The notes below the pieces were generated by a model, which saw nothing but the letters and a program-made list of their open reading frames with translations, ran no database searches and was not told the origin of the DNA. Made by a program: the position numbers and the translations under genes. From Octopus sinensis (Eukaryota), in the NCBI RefSeq assembly GCF_006345805.1, contig NC_043000.1, positions 94,612,001 through 94,676,000 of the forward strand: DNA of 64,000 bases. The letters run 5' to 3'. Below, piece after piece: positions 26,473 through 39,079 of the stretch. The stretch's first letter is position 1. Each line of letters opens with the position of its first letter.

Positions 26473-26778
26473 AAAATGTTTGATGAAAATGTTTGATGAA
26501 AATGTCTGATGAAAATGTCTGATGAAAATATACATCAAACATTTTCATCGAACATTTTCATCAAACATTTACATCAAACATTTTAATCAGACATTTTCAT
26601 CAAACATTTTCATCAAACATTCCAGACATTCCAGACATTCCGGACATTCCAGACATACCTGACATACATGACATTCCACACATTCCAGTCATTCCTGACA
26701 TTCCAGACATTCCAGACATTCCTGACATTCCAGACATTCCTGAAATTCCAAACATTCCTGACATTCCAGACATTCCAG
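26473..26778. repeat. Fold-back 13-bp minisatellite followed by a derived 9-bp array
   Basis: 4x AAAATGT(T/C)TGATG (26473-26524), then about 7x its reverse complement CATCAAACATTTT (26533-26622), then about 17x CAGACATTC variants. Confidence 0.95.
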
Positions 26779-26781
26779 TAC

Positions 26782-26900
26782 TAACAAGGCTTTGGTTGGC
26801 CCGAGGCTATAATAGACGTCACTTGCCCAAGATGCCACGTAGTGAGACTGAACCCGTAACCATGTGGTTAGAAGGCAAGCTTCTTACCACACAGCCACAG
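26782..26900 (-). mobile_element. SINE family A 5' fragment
   Basis: GGCCCGAGGCTATA..CACTTGCCCAAGATGCCACG..GACTGAACCC..CTTACCACACAGCCAC. Confidence 0.8.
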
Positions 26901-27074
26901 GAAAGTGGATAATTTTGGGCATTACTTATTCTCCATTACACGTGGGTTAGTTACTAATAGGAATAACAAAGTTTTACATTTTAGATTGACATCTAAGGAA
27001 TTTTCCTGTTTTCTTATAAAATAACTCTGCAAATAATATTTCCATAATTCTCAATTTAAATATGTATTTTCATT

Positions 27075-28213
27075 CTTTTATTCTTTTACATGTTCCAGTC
27101 ATTTGACTGCGGCTATTCTAGAGCACCGCTTTAAAAGGTTTTTAGTCGAAGAAATCGACCCCAAGACTTATTCTTCGCAAGCCCATTGCTTATTCCATCG
27201 ATATCTTTTGCCGAACCACTAGGATATTGGGACGTAAACACATCAACATCGATTGTCAAGCGATGGCAGGAAGAGACAATTCCAGACAAAGACACACATA
27301 AATATAAACATGTATATTGTTACGACCGTCGCTCGACTCAACTCAGGACCCTTAGTTGACGACGACGTCTACGCTCAGTCAAACGGAAATCCACCACAGA
27401 AAGCGGAGTGGGCAGCGAACGCAAGCCAGAGACCGAAGACAACAACAACAAAGGAGAGAGACAGCGAAGGCAGTTTCTTACATTTAACATCAATTTATAT
27501 AATTTTACAACATCAATTAAACATAATACATTTCAAATACATTTAAAAACAAAAACATTTAACAATTCATAACTTTACAAAATCAATCAAACGTAATACA
27601 CAAATCGACTTTTCCAAAACAATCAACTGGTTGACATGCAGCACAATACAGAATCAAACGAAGTATTTTTCTTTTCTTTTAGAGACACAAACAGTTCTCA
27701 ATTTTCTTTAAACATTTACAAGTTCTTTTTTTTCTTAAACAGATTACACGTTCTTTTTATAGTCTCTTTTTCAAACATCATAATTCAACATTAAAGTCCA
27801 AAACACAAATCGAAACATAAACAACAATACCAAATATTTCTGAACCCACTATAAGTAGTCCAGCTTCTTCGCTTTCATCTTCTTCTCTACCTCTCGCCTG
27901 GCAATTCCCAATATTCTCTGCCTGTCTTCCTCGCCTCGCCGTTGCCACTATCATCTCCTCGCTGGCTGTCCGCCTCTTGCCAACTGAACCCTTCTCCGGC
28001 CATTCGCTGTCTGTCTCTCTAACACCAGTTCGTCGCATTTTAAAGGGTGGCATTTTTCTCAACTTTCCTGACCGTGTAAGGGTCAGAGGTACTTCCTAAA
28101 CTCATTAATTTTCCTTACCGTTGAGAAGACAAAGAACCATTATTTTTTCCCCGCCGGTTCGACTCCAACCAACGGAACTAGGGCATAACGTTTTCCCGTT
28201 TATTCATCTCCGT

Positions 28214-28251
<38 letters not shown>

Positions 28252-28413
28252 GACGCGCTTCTTTCAGTTTCCATCTACCAAATCGGCTCACAAAGCTTTG
28301 GTCGACCCGAGATTGTACTAGAAGACACCTGGCCAAGGTGCCGCGCAGTGGGATTGAACCCCGAACTATGTGGGTAAGGAGCAAGCTTCTTACCACAGAG
28401 CCACACTTGCGCC
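27075..28413 (-). mobile_element. SINE family A split by a solo LTR
   Basis: The 3' half lies at 27075-27317 and the 5' half at 28218-28413. Confidence 0.8.
27318..28217. mobile_element. Solo LTR (Gypsy-like), 900 bp
   Basis: TGTTACG...CGTAACA termini (7-bp inverted, TG..CA) flanked by ATAT on both sides (27314-27317 and 28218-28221). Confidence 0.75.
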
Positions 28414-28544
28414 TGTTCACAAATATTTAGCAGCAACTAAGACCACGTATGGTAGATCATCGACACTGACGCACAGCATCTGAGCTACGATTCGAACTAA
28501 TGATGTCACGTACTTCCGCGAATAATAAGTTATTTCATCTGTTT

Positions 28545-28771
28545 CTTTATTACCCACAAGGGGCTAAACATAGAGGGGACAAACAAGGACAGACAAACGG
28601 ATTAAGTCTATTACATCGACCCCAGTGCGTAACTGGTACTTAATTTATCGACCCCGAAAGGATGAAAGGCAAAGTCGACCTTGGCGGAATTTGAACTCAG
28701 AACGTAACGGTAGACGAAATACGGTTACGCATTTCGCCCGGCGTGCTAACGTTTCTGCCAGCTCGCCGCCT
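28545..28771 (-). mobile_element. SINE family B, near-intact
   Basis: Reverse complement AGGCGGCGAGCTGGCAGAAACGTTAGCACGCCGGGCGAAATG...GAGTTCAAATTCCGCC...GTTTAGCCCCTTGTGGG. Confidence 0.9.
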
Positions 28772-29092
28772 TTCGCGAACAATAAGTTACCTTATCGACG
28801 CGGCTATCAGCTATCACAAGAGTAATATTCTGTTGCCATACCCATCCAATTTTCACTTCATTTAACCAAATTTCTTAACCTCCAGATTAAACAAAAATGA
28901 AATCGTTTTGTTTTATTTTTTGTTGTTTTCCTCCTTGTTTTTTTATTTTGTTTTTGTTTTGTTTTGTTTTTTTCGCAATCCCTTCTTCAGGAAAAAAGAA
29001 CTAATATAGTAATCATAACAAATAGGAAAATGCTAAAAAGACATAAATGCGTAAAGCGGTAAAAATTGATGATTATAAACGCTACTGAAAAA

Positions 29093-29620
29093 CACGTGAT
29101 GTGTCAGTTCCAACCGACATTAGTACAGAATTTAAGTTTATAGTCTTGAAAAGTTTATAGACTCGGAATCAAGAGATTAAAATGAAGGCTTTTACTCTAT
29201 TTTATTCTATTTTATTTTATTTCATTTCATTTCATTTATGATGTGGTACAAGGATTAACTTGGTAGCAATAATAGAAATGAGATTATCTTTGCTGCCAGC
29301 GATACTGGGAGAACGCGATGGCCGCAGCATTAGTAATTCTTGTTGTTGTTGTAGTAGTAGTGGTAGTAGTAGTAGTAGTAGTAGTAGGAGGAGGAGGAGG
29401 AGGAAGGGTAGAGGAGAAAGAAGAAGAAGAAGAAGAAGAAGTAGAAGGAGAAAAAGAAGAAGAAGAAGATTAGTAGAAGGAATAGTACAAGTACTTGTAG
29501 ACGCAAGAGTAATAATTTGGATGATGAGGGAGACAAACAAAGAAAGAGATAGCAGCAGTAGTAGAAGAAGCAGCAGCAGCAGTAGAAGAAGCAGCAGCAG
29601 CAGTAGTGGTAATAGCACTA
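29093..29620. repeat. Sibling of the 22483 repeat plus (AGT)n/(AGG)n/(AAG)n/(AGC)n runs
   Basis: Shared blocks, then trinucleotide runs that explain the poly-S/R/L ORFs. Confidence 0.75.
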
Positions 29621-30909
29621 CTATTACTACTTGCTATCGTTTTAAAGTTTTATTTTCTTTAGTATTTGCGAAAGGAATTTGTGTAGGTGCCATTACTATT
29701 CAGGGGAGCTACAGTAACGTTGTGTATGTGTATGTGTGTGTTTAGACTAGTTGTAAAACAGTTTTATGGCTACAAAACATTTTTAAAAATAGTTTTCGTA
29801 TTGCTTAAGTACAAAGATAGGCACCATCATTTCATTTGTGAGAAGCACGGAAACTATTAGGAAGTACAGTGTTTCTGCCTTTAGCATGTTCATTGGAAAC
29901 AACCTAAGGAAAGTGTAATAATTTCCCAGGCTCAGTTTATCGACTATTTTTTCTAGAACGCTTAACACAAATACGCAATATATTGACGTAAAACAGCCCT
30001 GGGATTGCATAGTTCATATTCATCTAATTTACTTAATATGAATATACATACATAGATATATATATACGGAAGAGCGTTATAGTTCATTTGAAGCATTGTA
30101 GTACAGAAGTTAAATAATACACGAAAAGGGAAATGAGCAAAACTCCTAACAATGCAGAGAGGAAAGACTACGTAGATCCTACCATTGAAGTCAACGATTC
30201 AAATGGCAGAGTGTACGTAATACTTATTTCTTTAATTGTATCCTTCGGAAGATGGGGCTTTGCATCTGTAACATATAAAAGTTTTTCAACTTACATCTTT
30301 GTTAGAAGCTTTGCTCATTCCCACACACACACACACGCTATATACATCTTTCTATTTTTCTATTTGTCGACGCATCTTTTATCGAAAATACTTTGATGTG
30401 TTCATTCTACACAACATTTGCTTCTTCCCTTCTTTCACACCATAACAATATTGATATGTAAGCGTAAGTTAGAGTGGCGGTCGGAAGTGACTAACAAGTA
30501 ATCCGAGGTATAAAGATAGAGAGAAGTAAGATGAGAGAATCGCTGTTGTGATGACAGCTGTAGAGACTGGGTTGTGGATTTAAGGCAAATATGGTGTTCA
30601 GAATAAACAATAAAAACAAAATTTTTTATTCAGTTTTATTAAGATGGGAATTTTAATAAGCTAACTAGCATATTAGATCGATTCAATTGATTATTTAGAG
30701 TTTTCGTTAAACATGCAAACCGGAAACGTTCTTTGTAGGACAAACTCGTTGTAGTTCAGGCTTCCGCCGCTAGAAGTCACTTGATGCGACCCTCAGGCAT
30801 CAGTTTGCATGAGAATGCATACATAAAACATACAACTCTGCACATACATACATACAAACATCCATACATACATACATACATACATACATACATACGAACG
30901 AAAATAAAA

Positions 30910-31012
30910 TTACCCTGTTGATGATGTTGAAATTCCAATGAAGAAGTCTTGGATCAATTCTCTATTAGCAAGAAATCTTGAAATAAATTGAATAATGACA
31001 TACATATGGATA
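30910..31012 (+). repeat. Short interspersed repeat (sibling at 34400-34515, minus strand)
   Basis: GAAATTCCAATGAAG.AG.CTTG.ATC...GCAAGAAATCTTGAAAT.AA.TGAATAA is shared. Confidence 0.7.
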
Positions 31013-31554
31013 TATCTGTGTGGGTGCATACATTTGTGATACGATCATTTTATAAAAGATTTCAGTACACCTAACGTTGAATTATAACGAAATTTTGCTT
31101 CATATTATTATACTGAAGTACTATATTAGTTTGGGGTATAATCTGGAGTGATTTCAATATATCTATGCGTAAATGCTTAAAGAAGATGCCGTTGATGCTT
31201 CAAGATAAGAACACACTGATATTCGAATATATAAACATTTACATTATTGGATACCAAGTTTTCGATTATGTCTGTCCATCTTGAATAAAAGATGGATAGC
31301 CTTGAGCTATAAACGTTGCTGGACTATTTTCAAACATGTCGTTTTTGTACTTTTGGTTATTATAAATATGCTTTTGGAACACACGCACACACACATACAT
31401 ACACACACACACGCACACACAAACACACACACTCGCGCACGCGCACGTACACAAACATACACACATGTATATAAACTGCAATATGTATATCTAGATGTAT
31501 ACATACACGTACATGTATACCGATAGGTAGCTAGTTAGATGAAGAGACAGGCAC

Positions 31555-31588
<34 letters not shown>

Positions 31589-32214
31589 AGACAGACAGGC
31601 AGTCAGACAGGCAGACAGATAGATAGATATGAAGAGAATAGACTGATTGTGACATTTCTATGTTTGTGTTACGTAGTAATTTAATGAAAACCCAAAGATT
31701 AGAGCAACAGATGGCATGCTACGATTTAAGCAAGTGTTTATATATTATTTAAGAAACAATTGTCTCCAGTCATCTCTATTTCTATAATAATTCTTTGATT
31801 TCTTCCTTTTGTAGAATTTTAGTTGTTTCGAGTGGCATCAGATGGAGTTGTGAACTTTCCTGCTAAAATAAGATATTTTTTAATTAATTCTGTGTATGCT
31901 GTTGTAGCCTCTATGAACGGAGTTATCATTACCCCCAATATTTATTTTAACGTCGGTGTTATTTCCTTTTCCATATTACCGATACAGCTAGAGATATTGT
32001 TTTTCATATTCTGTCATTTATATGCTATGCTTAGGATAGAGGAAAGAGTAAAACAGACTGCCAGCGGTAGTGTAGCAACAGAAACCTCGATATGAGTCCA
32101 TACAACGCTGAAGTTGTTATGCGCTTAAAATGGTGAAATTGCGTTCGATCTACTTTACCTGTCACCATTTCGTGACACATGAATTAAATACCTATCGTTT
32201 ACAGTAGATAAGTA

Positions 32215-32880
32215 GAGGCGCAGGCGTGGATGTGGGATGAAGAGGCTTGCTTTGCAACCACATGTTTCCGGTTCAGTCCCACTGTGCGGTTATGGCCTCG
32301 TACCGACCAATGTTTTGGGGCCGAATTTAATAGACGAAAACTGAATGTGTATCTTTGTGTTTGTGTTTGACATCACCACCACCACTACCGTTTGACAATC
32401 GGTCTTGGTTTGTTTACATTTCTGCAAAAGACCCTCCCCCCAAGTCGACATCAGCTGAATTTGAATTTAGACCGTAAAGATAGACGAAATGCCGCTAAGT
32501 ATTTTGCCCGGCGTGCTAACGATTAGTAGTAGTAGTAATATTAGGAGAAGATGATGACGAGCAAGTGGAAGTGTTCCCTCACCGGATGAGGTACTCGGCC
32601 GCATTTTGTCCTTCATTACGTTCTGAGTTCAAATTCCGTCGTGGGCGATTTTACATATTAAGACGGCGAGCTGGTAGAATCGTTAGCAAGCCGGACAAAA
32701 TGCTTAGCAACATTTCGTTCGTCTTTACGATCCGAGTTCAAATCCCACCGATGTCCACTTTACTCCTCATCTTTTCGGCTCGATGAAATAAGCACCAGTT
32801 GAACACTGGCGTCGATGTAATCGGCTTAACACTTCTCTGAAGTTGTTAGCCTTGTGCCAAAATTTGAAATCGAGATTAGT
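32215..32880 (+). mobile_element. SINE cluster (family A head, family B fragments in both orientations)
   Basis: GGCGCAGGCGTGG..GGTTCAGTCCCACTG at 32217; family B on plus at about 32661-32880; family B on minus at about 32440-32525. Confidence 0.75.
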
Positions 32881-33009
32881 AGCAGTCGTTGTTATTGTTG
32901 AAGTTGTAGTTGTGGTTTTGGCTACAGCGATAGTGGTAGAGGTCGTTGATATTGAATTAGTTGTTGTAGTGGTGGTAACAGCAGTAGCAAAATAGTGGTT
33001 CTAGCAACT

Positions 33010-33042
<33 letters not shown>

Positions 33043-34609
33043 TCAGCAGCAGCAGCAATGGTGGTGGTGGCAGCATAAGATATGTGCGTATACACTTATA
33101 AAAAAAAGAAAGAAAAAAATCCCATTTAACTTTTAACCTAACCATGTTTTTAATTACATCAATTTAGTTAATATATTATTTTATTCTTTCATTAATTACT
33201 ATCTTTATTTGTTAATCTTTGCATTTTGTTCTAGTTTTTTATATAATTTTCTTGATTATTTTATTTTCCATGTATATTATTTTTCCTTTTTATTTATTCA
33301 TAATTATTATATTTTTAATAATTAAATTTTTTGATTTAAAAAGTTTCCATTTTTGATTTTTTCTTTTATTTTTTACTTATTCATTTTTTAATTTTTAATT
33401 TCATCTATCATTACCATCATCATCATCATCATCATTATCATTTTTATTATTATAATTATTATTATTATAATAATAATAATAATTATTATTATTTTTATTT
33501 TGTTATTTTTGCCACCTTCCTTCCATCTAATTCCTTATACTTCTCCATTTCAGCATTTCCTTATCTCCTTTTTTCTCTCCGTCTTCCTCTCCTCGCAACT
33601 TTATCCTTAATATCTTCAAGATTAATGTTGTTAATATAATCTTTGTAAATATCATTATAATTCCTAGTATCGTTAGCATATATATATATATATATATATA
33701 CATTATATTACTACTACCCCTGCCACTACTACAACAGACACTACCGCAAATACTGGGGATTCTACCATCACCACAACGACAACAGCAACTATTACTACTG
33801 CTGACACGACTACTACTACTACTACTTACTAATACCATCATTACTACTACAACTGCTACTGCAACTAATACCACTGTTGCTACAACCACCACGATTACTA
33901 TTACAATAACAACCACCTCTACCCTTATATATAATTCTGGATGGATATTCTCTTTTAAATTTAGAGTAAATTTTGACTGGCCATCTACTTGGTGGAAAGG
34001 TTGTGAAGGAAAGCATCTTGCTTTGACCATCATCCTTTAAATCTTAATAAGGTCATACAAATCCTCATAGTTCCAGATATTGTGATCATTTGTAGCGTAG
34101 AAATTAAGGATTTGCCTTCTCTCATCAAGACCCCGAACTCAGCCATACTTCCCTCCATTTGGATTAGCATGCATTCTCTTGCTCCTGTATAGCGTCAAAC
34201 ATTTCATGTGCACGTCATCTTGTTTCCTTATTTCTATTTTTAATGTTCGCTTTTTCGATTTGACTATTTACAGTACGATCACACGTACTCCCTATGTACT
34301 TCCGAATGATTTGGAGTACATGATTCATGGATTTACTTACTCTCCCTTTGGATTACGTTACCTTTTAATCTCTTCGGAGTAAGTCGTTTCTGCACATTTG
34401 ATTATGCATGTTGTTATTCAGTTTCATTTCAAGATTTCTTGCGAATATAGACAGAGCCGGTTTCTAACCTAGATTCAAGTCTCCTTCATTGGAATTTCCA
34501 CAACATATACAGGGTATTTTTGTATGTGTGTATGTACACGTGTCAGATTTGTATGTTTACTTTTATATATGTATTCTCATGCATATAGTTGCACATCTAG
34601 ACATGCTCA

Positions 34610-35000
34610 TATATATCTAAATGGTAAACTTCTGAAAAGGTTTACAGATTTTTACCGTTCCAATGATGCATTGGATCTGTTGTCTTCGAATCAGCTTTTT
34701 CCTTTCTGGTTTTGATAAGACTAATTTCTGATGATTGGTATCTAAGTAGTGCATTATATATCTCAGTACCCCAATAATTACAGGTATAAATCTAAGCTTG
34801 TAATCTGGATAGAATAGCTGTAGATTCCTCAGGATAGGTATTTTCTTTTTCACTGATCTTCAGCTTTATGTTAACATCAGCTGGACATTTGATTTCCACA
34901 ACTGCACACAGTTTTTCTTCCTATGTCGGATCTATTATGTTTACATTTTATTGAGGTTTCAATAGGACATTCCATAAGTACTCCTTTTTATTATTAGTGG
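34610..35000 (-). pseudogene. RLE-type (R4/Dong-like) non-LTR retrotransposon C-terminus
   Basis: EYLWNVPIETSIKCKHNRSDI..VEIKCPADVNIKL..LRNLQLFYPDYKLRFIPVIIG..IIGTVKICK: remnant of a PD-(D/E)xK restriction-like endonuclease. Confidence 0.85.
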
Positions 35001-35269
35001 CTATGGCTTCTATCATACATACATGTATGTATGTATTCATCCATACATGTATGTATGCATGTGTGAACGTATATGTTATGTATGTATGTACGTATGTATA
35101 TATATATGCATGAAAACTGAAAATTATCCAAAAGCCAAAGGTATTTTTATTATGTAAACTTTTCTTTTGAATTTTCCATTGTACTGTAGAATCTAATCTT
35201 GAAAAAAATTTGCCTATACAGGGAAAGCAGTGTATAGAGAAAGGAGCGAGGGGAAAAATTTAGTTACGA

Positions 35270-35413
<144 letters not shown>

Positions 35414-35767
35414 GGGGAGATGAGAGAATGAGTGGAGTGGAAGTGAAAAAGAAATTTAAGTGCACAAGAAAAAACTGCTCACTTACGGAAATATTAAGTT
35501 AAATGTATATTACATGTCGATGAGATCAAATTTGAAATGAAGAGAGAATAACGCGGGTAATTGAACTTTCCATAAAAAGTAAGGCTGGTATGAAATGATA
35601 CGGAATCATATGTAAATTCAGAATTGGTTAAATTATTGGGAGCTAAACGTATTTAAGCTGAATATATTTATGAGACAGGCATAAGAAGAAAATACATGTA
35701 TAATCTTATGTATTTATGTGTGTGTGCCTGTGTGTGTGTGTCGGTGTGTGTTGCTTTGTGTGTATGA

Positions 35768-36385
35768 ACGCGCATGGCTCAGTGATTAGACTGTTGGTCT
35801 TACGATCGTGGGGATGTTAGTTCTATTCCCGTACGGGGCTGTGTATTGTGTTCTTCAGCAAGGCACTTTATTCCACGTTGCTCCAGTTCACTGGGCTGTA
35901 GAGATGAGTAGCAACGTCAATTGTGCCAAGCTACATCGACCTTTGCCTTTCTCTTGGATAATTTCGGTGGCGTGGAGAAAGGAGATTGGTACGCATGGGC
36001 GACTGCTACTATTCTTCCAAAAACAACTTGCCCGGACTTGTATCTTATATATATATAGATATATATATATATATATATATAATATATATATATATATTAT
36101 ATATATATATATCACCATGATCACCGTGACCGACCAGGCTATCAGATATTGCTACACATCGCTGGTCACAATGCCCTTCGCATTGTTTTAGCCTTCAAAT
36201 GACGCCACTCCGTTGGCTAAGTGAGCAGGCCAACAGTAGAAAGAGTGAGAGAAAGCAGGGATCTCCACCATCCCCTGCCGTAACCTCGTGGAGCTTTTAG
36301 GTGTTTTCGCTCAATAAACACTCACAATGCCCGGTCTGGGAATCGAAATCGCGATCCTACGACCACTGGGTCATTGCGCCTCCAC
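35768..36385. mobile_element. Two convergent tRNA-type SINEs separated by (TA)n
   Basis: Plus: GCGCATGGCTCAGTGATTAGA..GTTCTATTCCC at 35768-36045. Minus: GGAGGCGCAATGACCCAGTGGTCGTAGG..GATTTCGATTCCCAGACCGGGC at 36110-36385. Confidence 0.7.
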
Positions 36386-36410
36386 TTATATATATATATA
36401 CACACACACT

Positions 36411-36498
<88 letters not shown>

Positions 36499-37599
36499 AA
36501 TAAAATTAGAGATAAAACCACTATTAAGCAAATCAAACAGTGAAAAACATAAACCAAAACATAGAAATAAAATTAATTAATATTATATACAAAATATATA
36601 TTATACACATACACACACACGCATACACACACATACATACATGTATATACATGCACAAATGGATACGTATACATACATATATGAAAATATACATTATATA
36701 TATAGATGCAGTTGTCCTCTTCTGTAGTCTTGGGCCAACCAATGTCTGATAAGGGGATTTGGTAAACGAAAACTCAATAAAACCCGTCGTTGTGTTTGTC
36801 CCTCACCCCGTTTGTCAACCAATGTTTTGGATGTTTACATCCCTATGACCTAGCGGTTTTGTCAGTGTAGACCAGTACAATACGTGCAGGCGAGCATTGC
36901 CCCATATTTGTTGCAATCCAATGACTGAAGCAATTCAAAAAAGAGAAAAAAAACAAAGAAATCACATGACAGGAGAGAAACGCTAAGCAAAAGCAATCTC
37001 CTCCTCCACTAGCATTACCATGCAGCCAATGCCATCAGCTATTCTATGCAAGAATTGGTCTACAAAGTAATGAACACTATCACTGTAAAAGAAGCGTTCA
37101 GCAAAGAAGAAACTAAATTCCCGGATGAAGCCGACGACGTCGATAAGTATATATATAATATGTATGTAATATATACCATGTGTGTGTATGTGTGTATGTG
37201 TCTGTGAATTATTGTTACCATGAATATGATCCTGAGCATGCTGCTTCTTCTCCTAGTCTTCCAACTCCTCCTCCTTCTCTTCCTCCGCTTCTTCCACCTA
37301 CTCAACATCATCTAAATGACTAAAGATTCCTTTGCCGCCGTTGAAAACAAATTATATTCGCACTTTCAATTATGCGTGTTCCATGAAATCTTAAAATTAT
37401 TTTAATTGCAAAGGAATTAATGTTAATTAGTGTAGCATTTGCCATATAATTGATAGTGTCAGTTCTGCAGATGATATCAGCAAACTTTCCATTGTCAACC
37501 AATTGTTCCGTCATTCAAGAACAAATTAGATTAATTAAGTTCGAATAGTATTACTGTAGTCAATGACAGTTATAATGCTGAAAAAGCAGTCATGATTTA

Positions 37600-37654
<55 letters not shown>

Positions 37655-37657
<3 letters not shown>

Positions 37658-38211
37658 GCCCTGATGCAATACCAGGCAGTGGCTCTCATGGCTTCTGATC
37701 TTAACTGATTGGAAGTGTTATCATGTATATTGTTTTGTCTTGGTATAAAAGATGGGCTACAGCAAATATTCTGCTCAATACCACAGATTTGCTTGTCAGT
37801 TGTTTGACCGTAACCAGTTGAGCATGTCCCTTAGTGGCTGACGATATGTGCATCTCTGATCACGAGCAGAAGTAGTGGGGGAGCATCATATCCATGTGTT
37901 GAGAGGGATTCTTTGGGGTTTGAATAATTCACCTCTGGAAACATGGGTGGTTCTTTCAACATCCTTAAACAACCCTTATTCAGTGACCGTTTGAGCGGGA
38001 TGGGCTACTCAACCTGAAGAAAATTCTAACTGGGCCCCACCTGCAAGGTCATGTGCTGTTTATCTTGATATGAGATCACCATGTCGCGCACATATGGTTG
38101 TGATGCATGTGTCTGGTGTGCCTTTATCAGACGGGTAGTCATGATGGGTATATTGGGCTTCGTATATTTTACCCCAGTGTCACTTTGATGGCATGAACTG
38201 CTCTCTCACTC
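37655..38211. mobile_element. ~557-bp non-coding interspersed element bounded by (AAT)n on both sides
   Basis: Sharp boundaries against the AAT tracts, a diverged sibling at 19370-19545, and no long ORF. Confidence 0.7.
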
Positions 38212-38296
38212 AATAATAATAATAATAATAATAACAATAACAATAATAATAATAATAATAATAATAATCATGTTATTATTATTGTTGTTGTTGCTC

Positions 38297-38358
<62 letters not shown>

Positions 38359-38509
38359 GCTATAAAAATTACACTAATGACTTTAATGGTTTTGATTATG
38401 TTGATTATGATGTTGAGGAGGAGGAGTTGGAGAAGGTGAGAAGGAGCATAATAATCAGGATTAGGACCATGATAGCAATAATAATAATAATAATAATAAT
38501 AAATCTTTC

Positions 38510-38950
38510 TACTAAAGGCACAAGACTTGATATTTTGTGGGAGGGTTCAAGTCGATTACATCAGCTCCAGTACTCAGCTGGTACTTAATGTATCGACACC
38601 TTAAGGATGAAAGGCAAAGTCGATCAGGGGGGCATTTGAACTCAGAACGTACAGACGGACAAAATGCCGCTATGCATTTTGCCCGCCCTGCCAAAGATTC
38701 TGACAGTTCGCTGCTTTTGCAATAATGATAATAATCCTTTCTACTATAGGCACAAGGCCTGAAATTTGTGCGGAGGAGACAAGTCGATTACATCGACCCC
38801 AGTGTTTCACTGGTACTCATTTTATCGACCTCCGAAAGGATGAAAGGCAAAGTCGACCCCTGCGAAATTTGAACTCAGAACGTAAGGATGGACAAAATGC
38901 GGCTAAGCATTTTGCCCGGCGTGCTAACGATTCTGCCAACTCCCCGCCTT
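38510..38950 (-). mobile_element. Two tandem SINE family B copies
   Basis: GATGAAAGGCAAAGTCGA..ATTTGAACTCAGAACGT at about 38605 and 38840. Confidence 0.85.
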
Positions 38951-39079
38951 AGCAATATTAAGAATAATAACAATAATTTTGATGATGATGTTATCTATTA
39001 CTATTCGACTGAACTTCTGTTTGGCCTTATTCCCGGTAGAATATATGTGGGTGGTGGGTTACTACCTGTAAACTTGGAT

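Noticed and set aside
26473-26778. CRISPR-like or protein-repeat interpretation of the short-unit array
   Set aside because: There are no unique spacers, the context is eukaryotic, and there is no start or splice evidence.
29232-29745. Poly-Leu 'signal peptide' and Ser/Arg-rich ORFs
   Set aside because: They derive from (AGT), (AAG) and (AGC) trinucleotide runs.
34440-34500. Minus-strand ATGAAGG..stem..AGAAACCGG hammerhead-like shape (sibling at 30930)
   Set aside because: The core deviates at several invariant positions and stem I is unclear.
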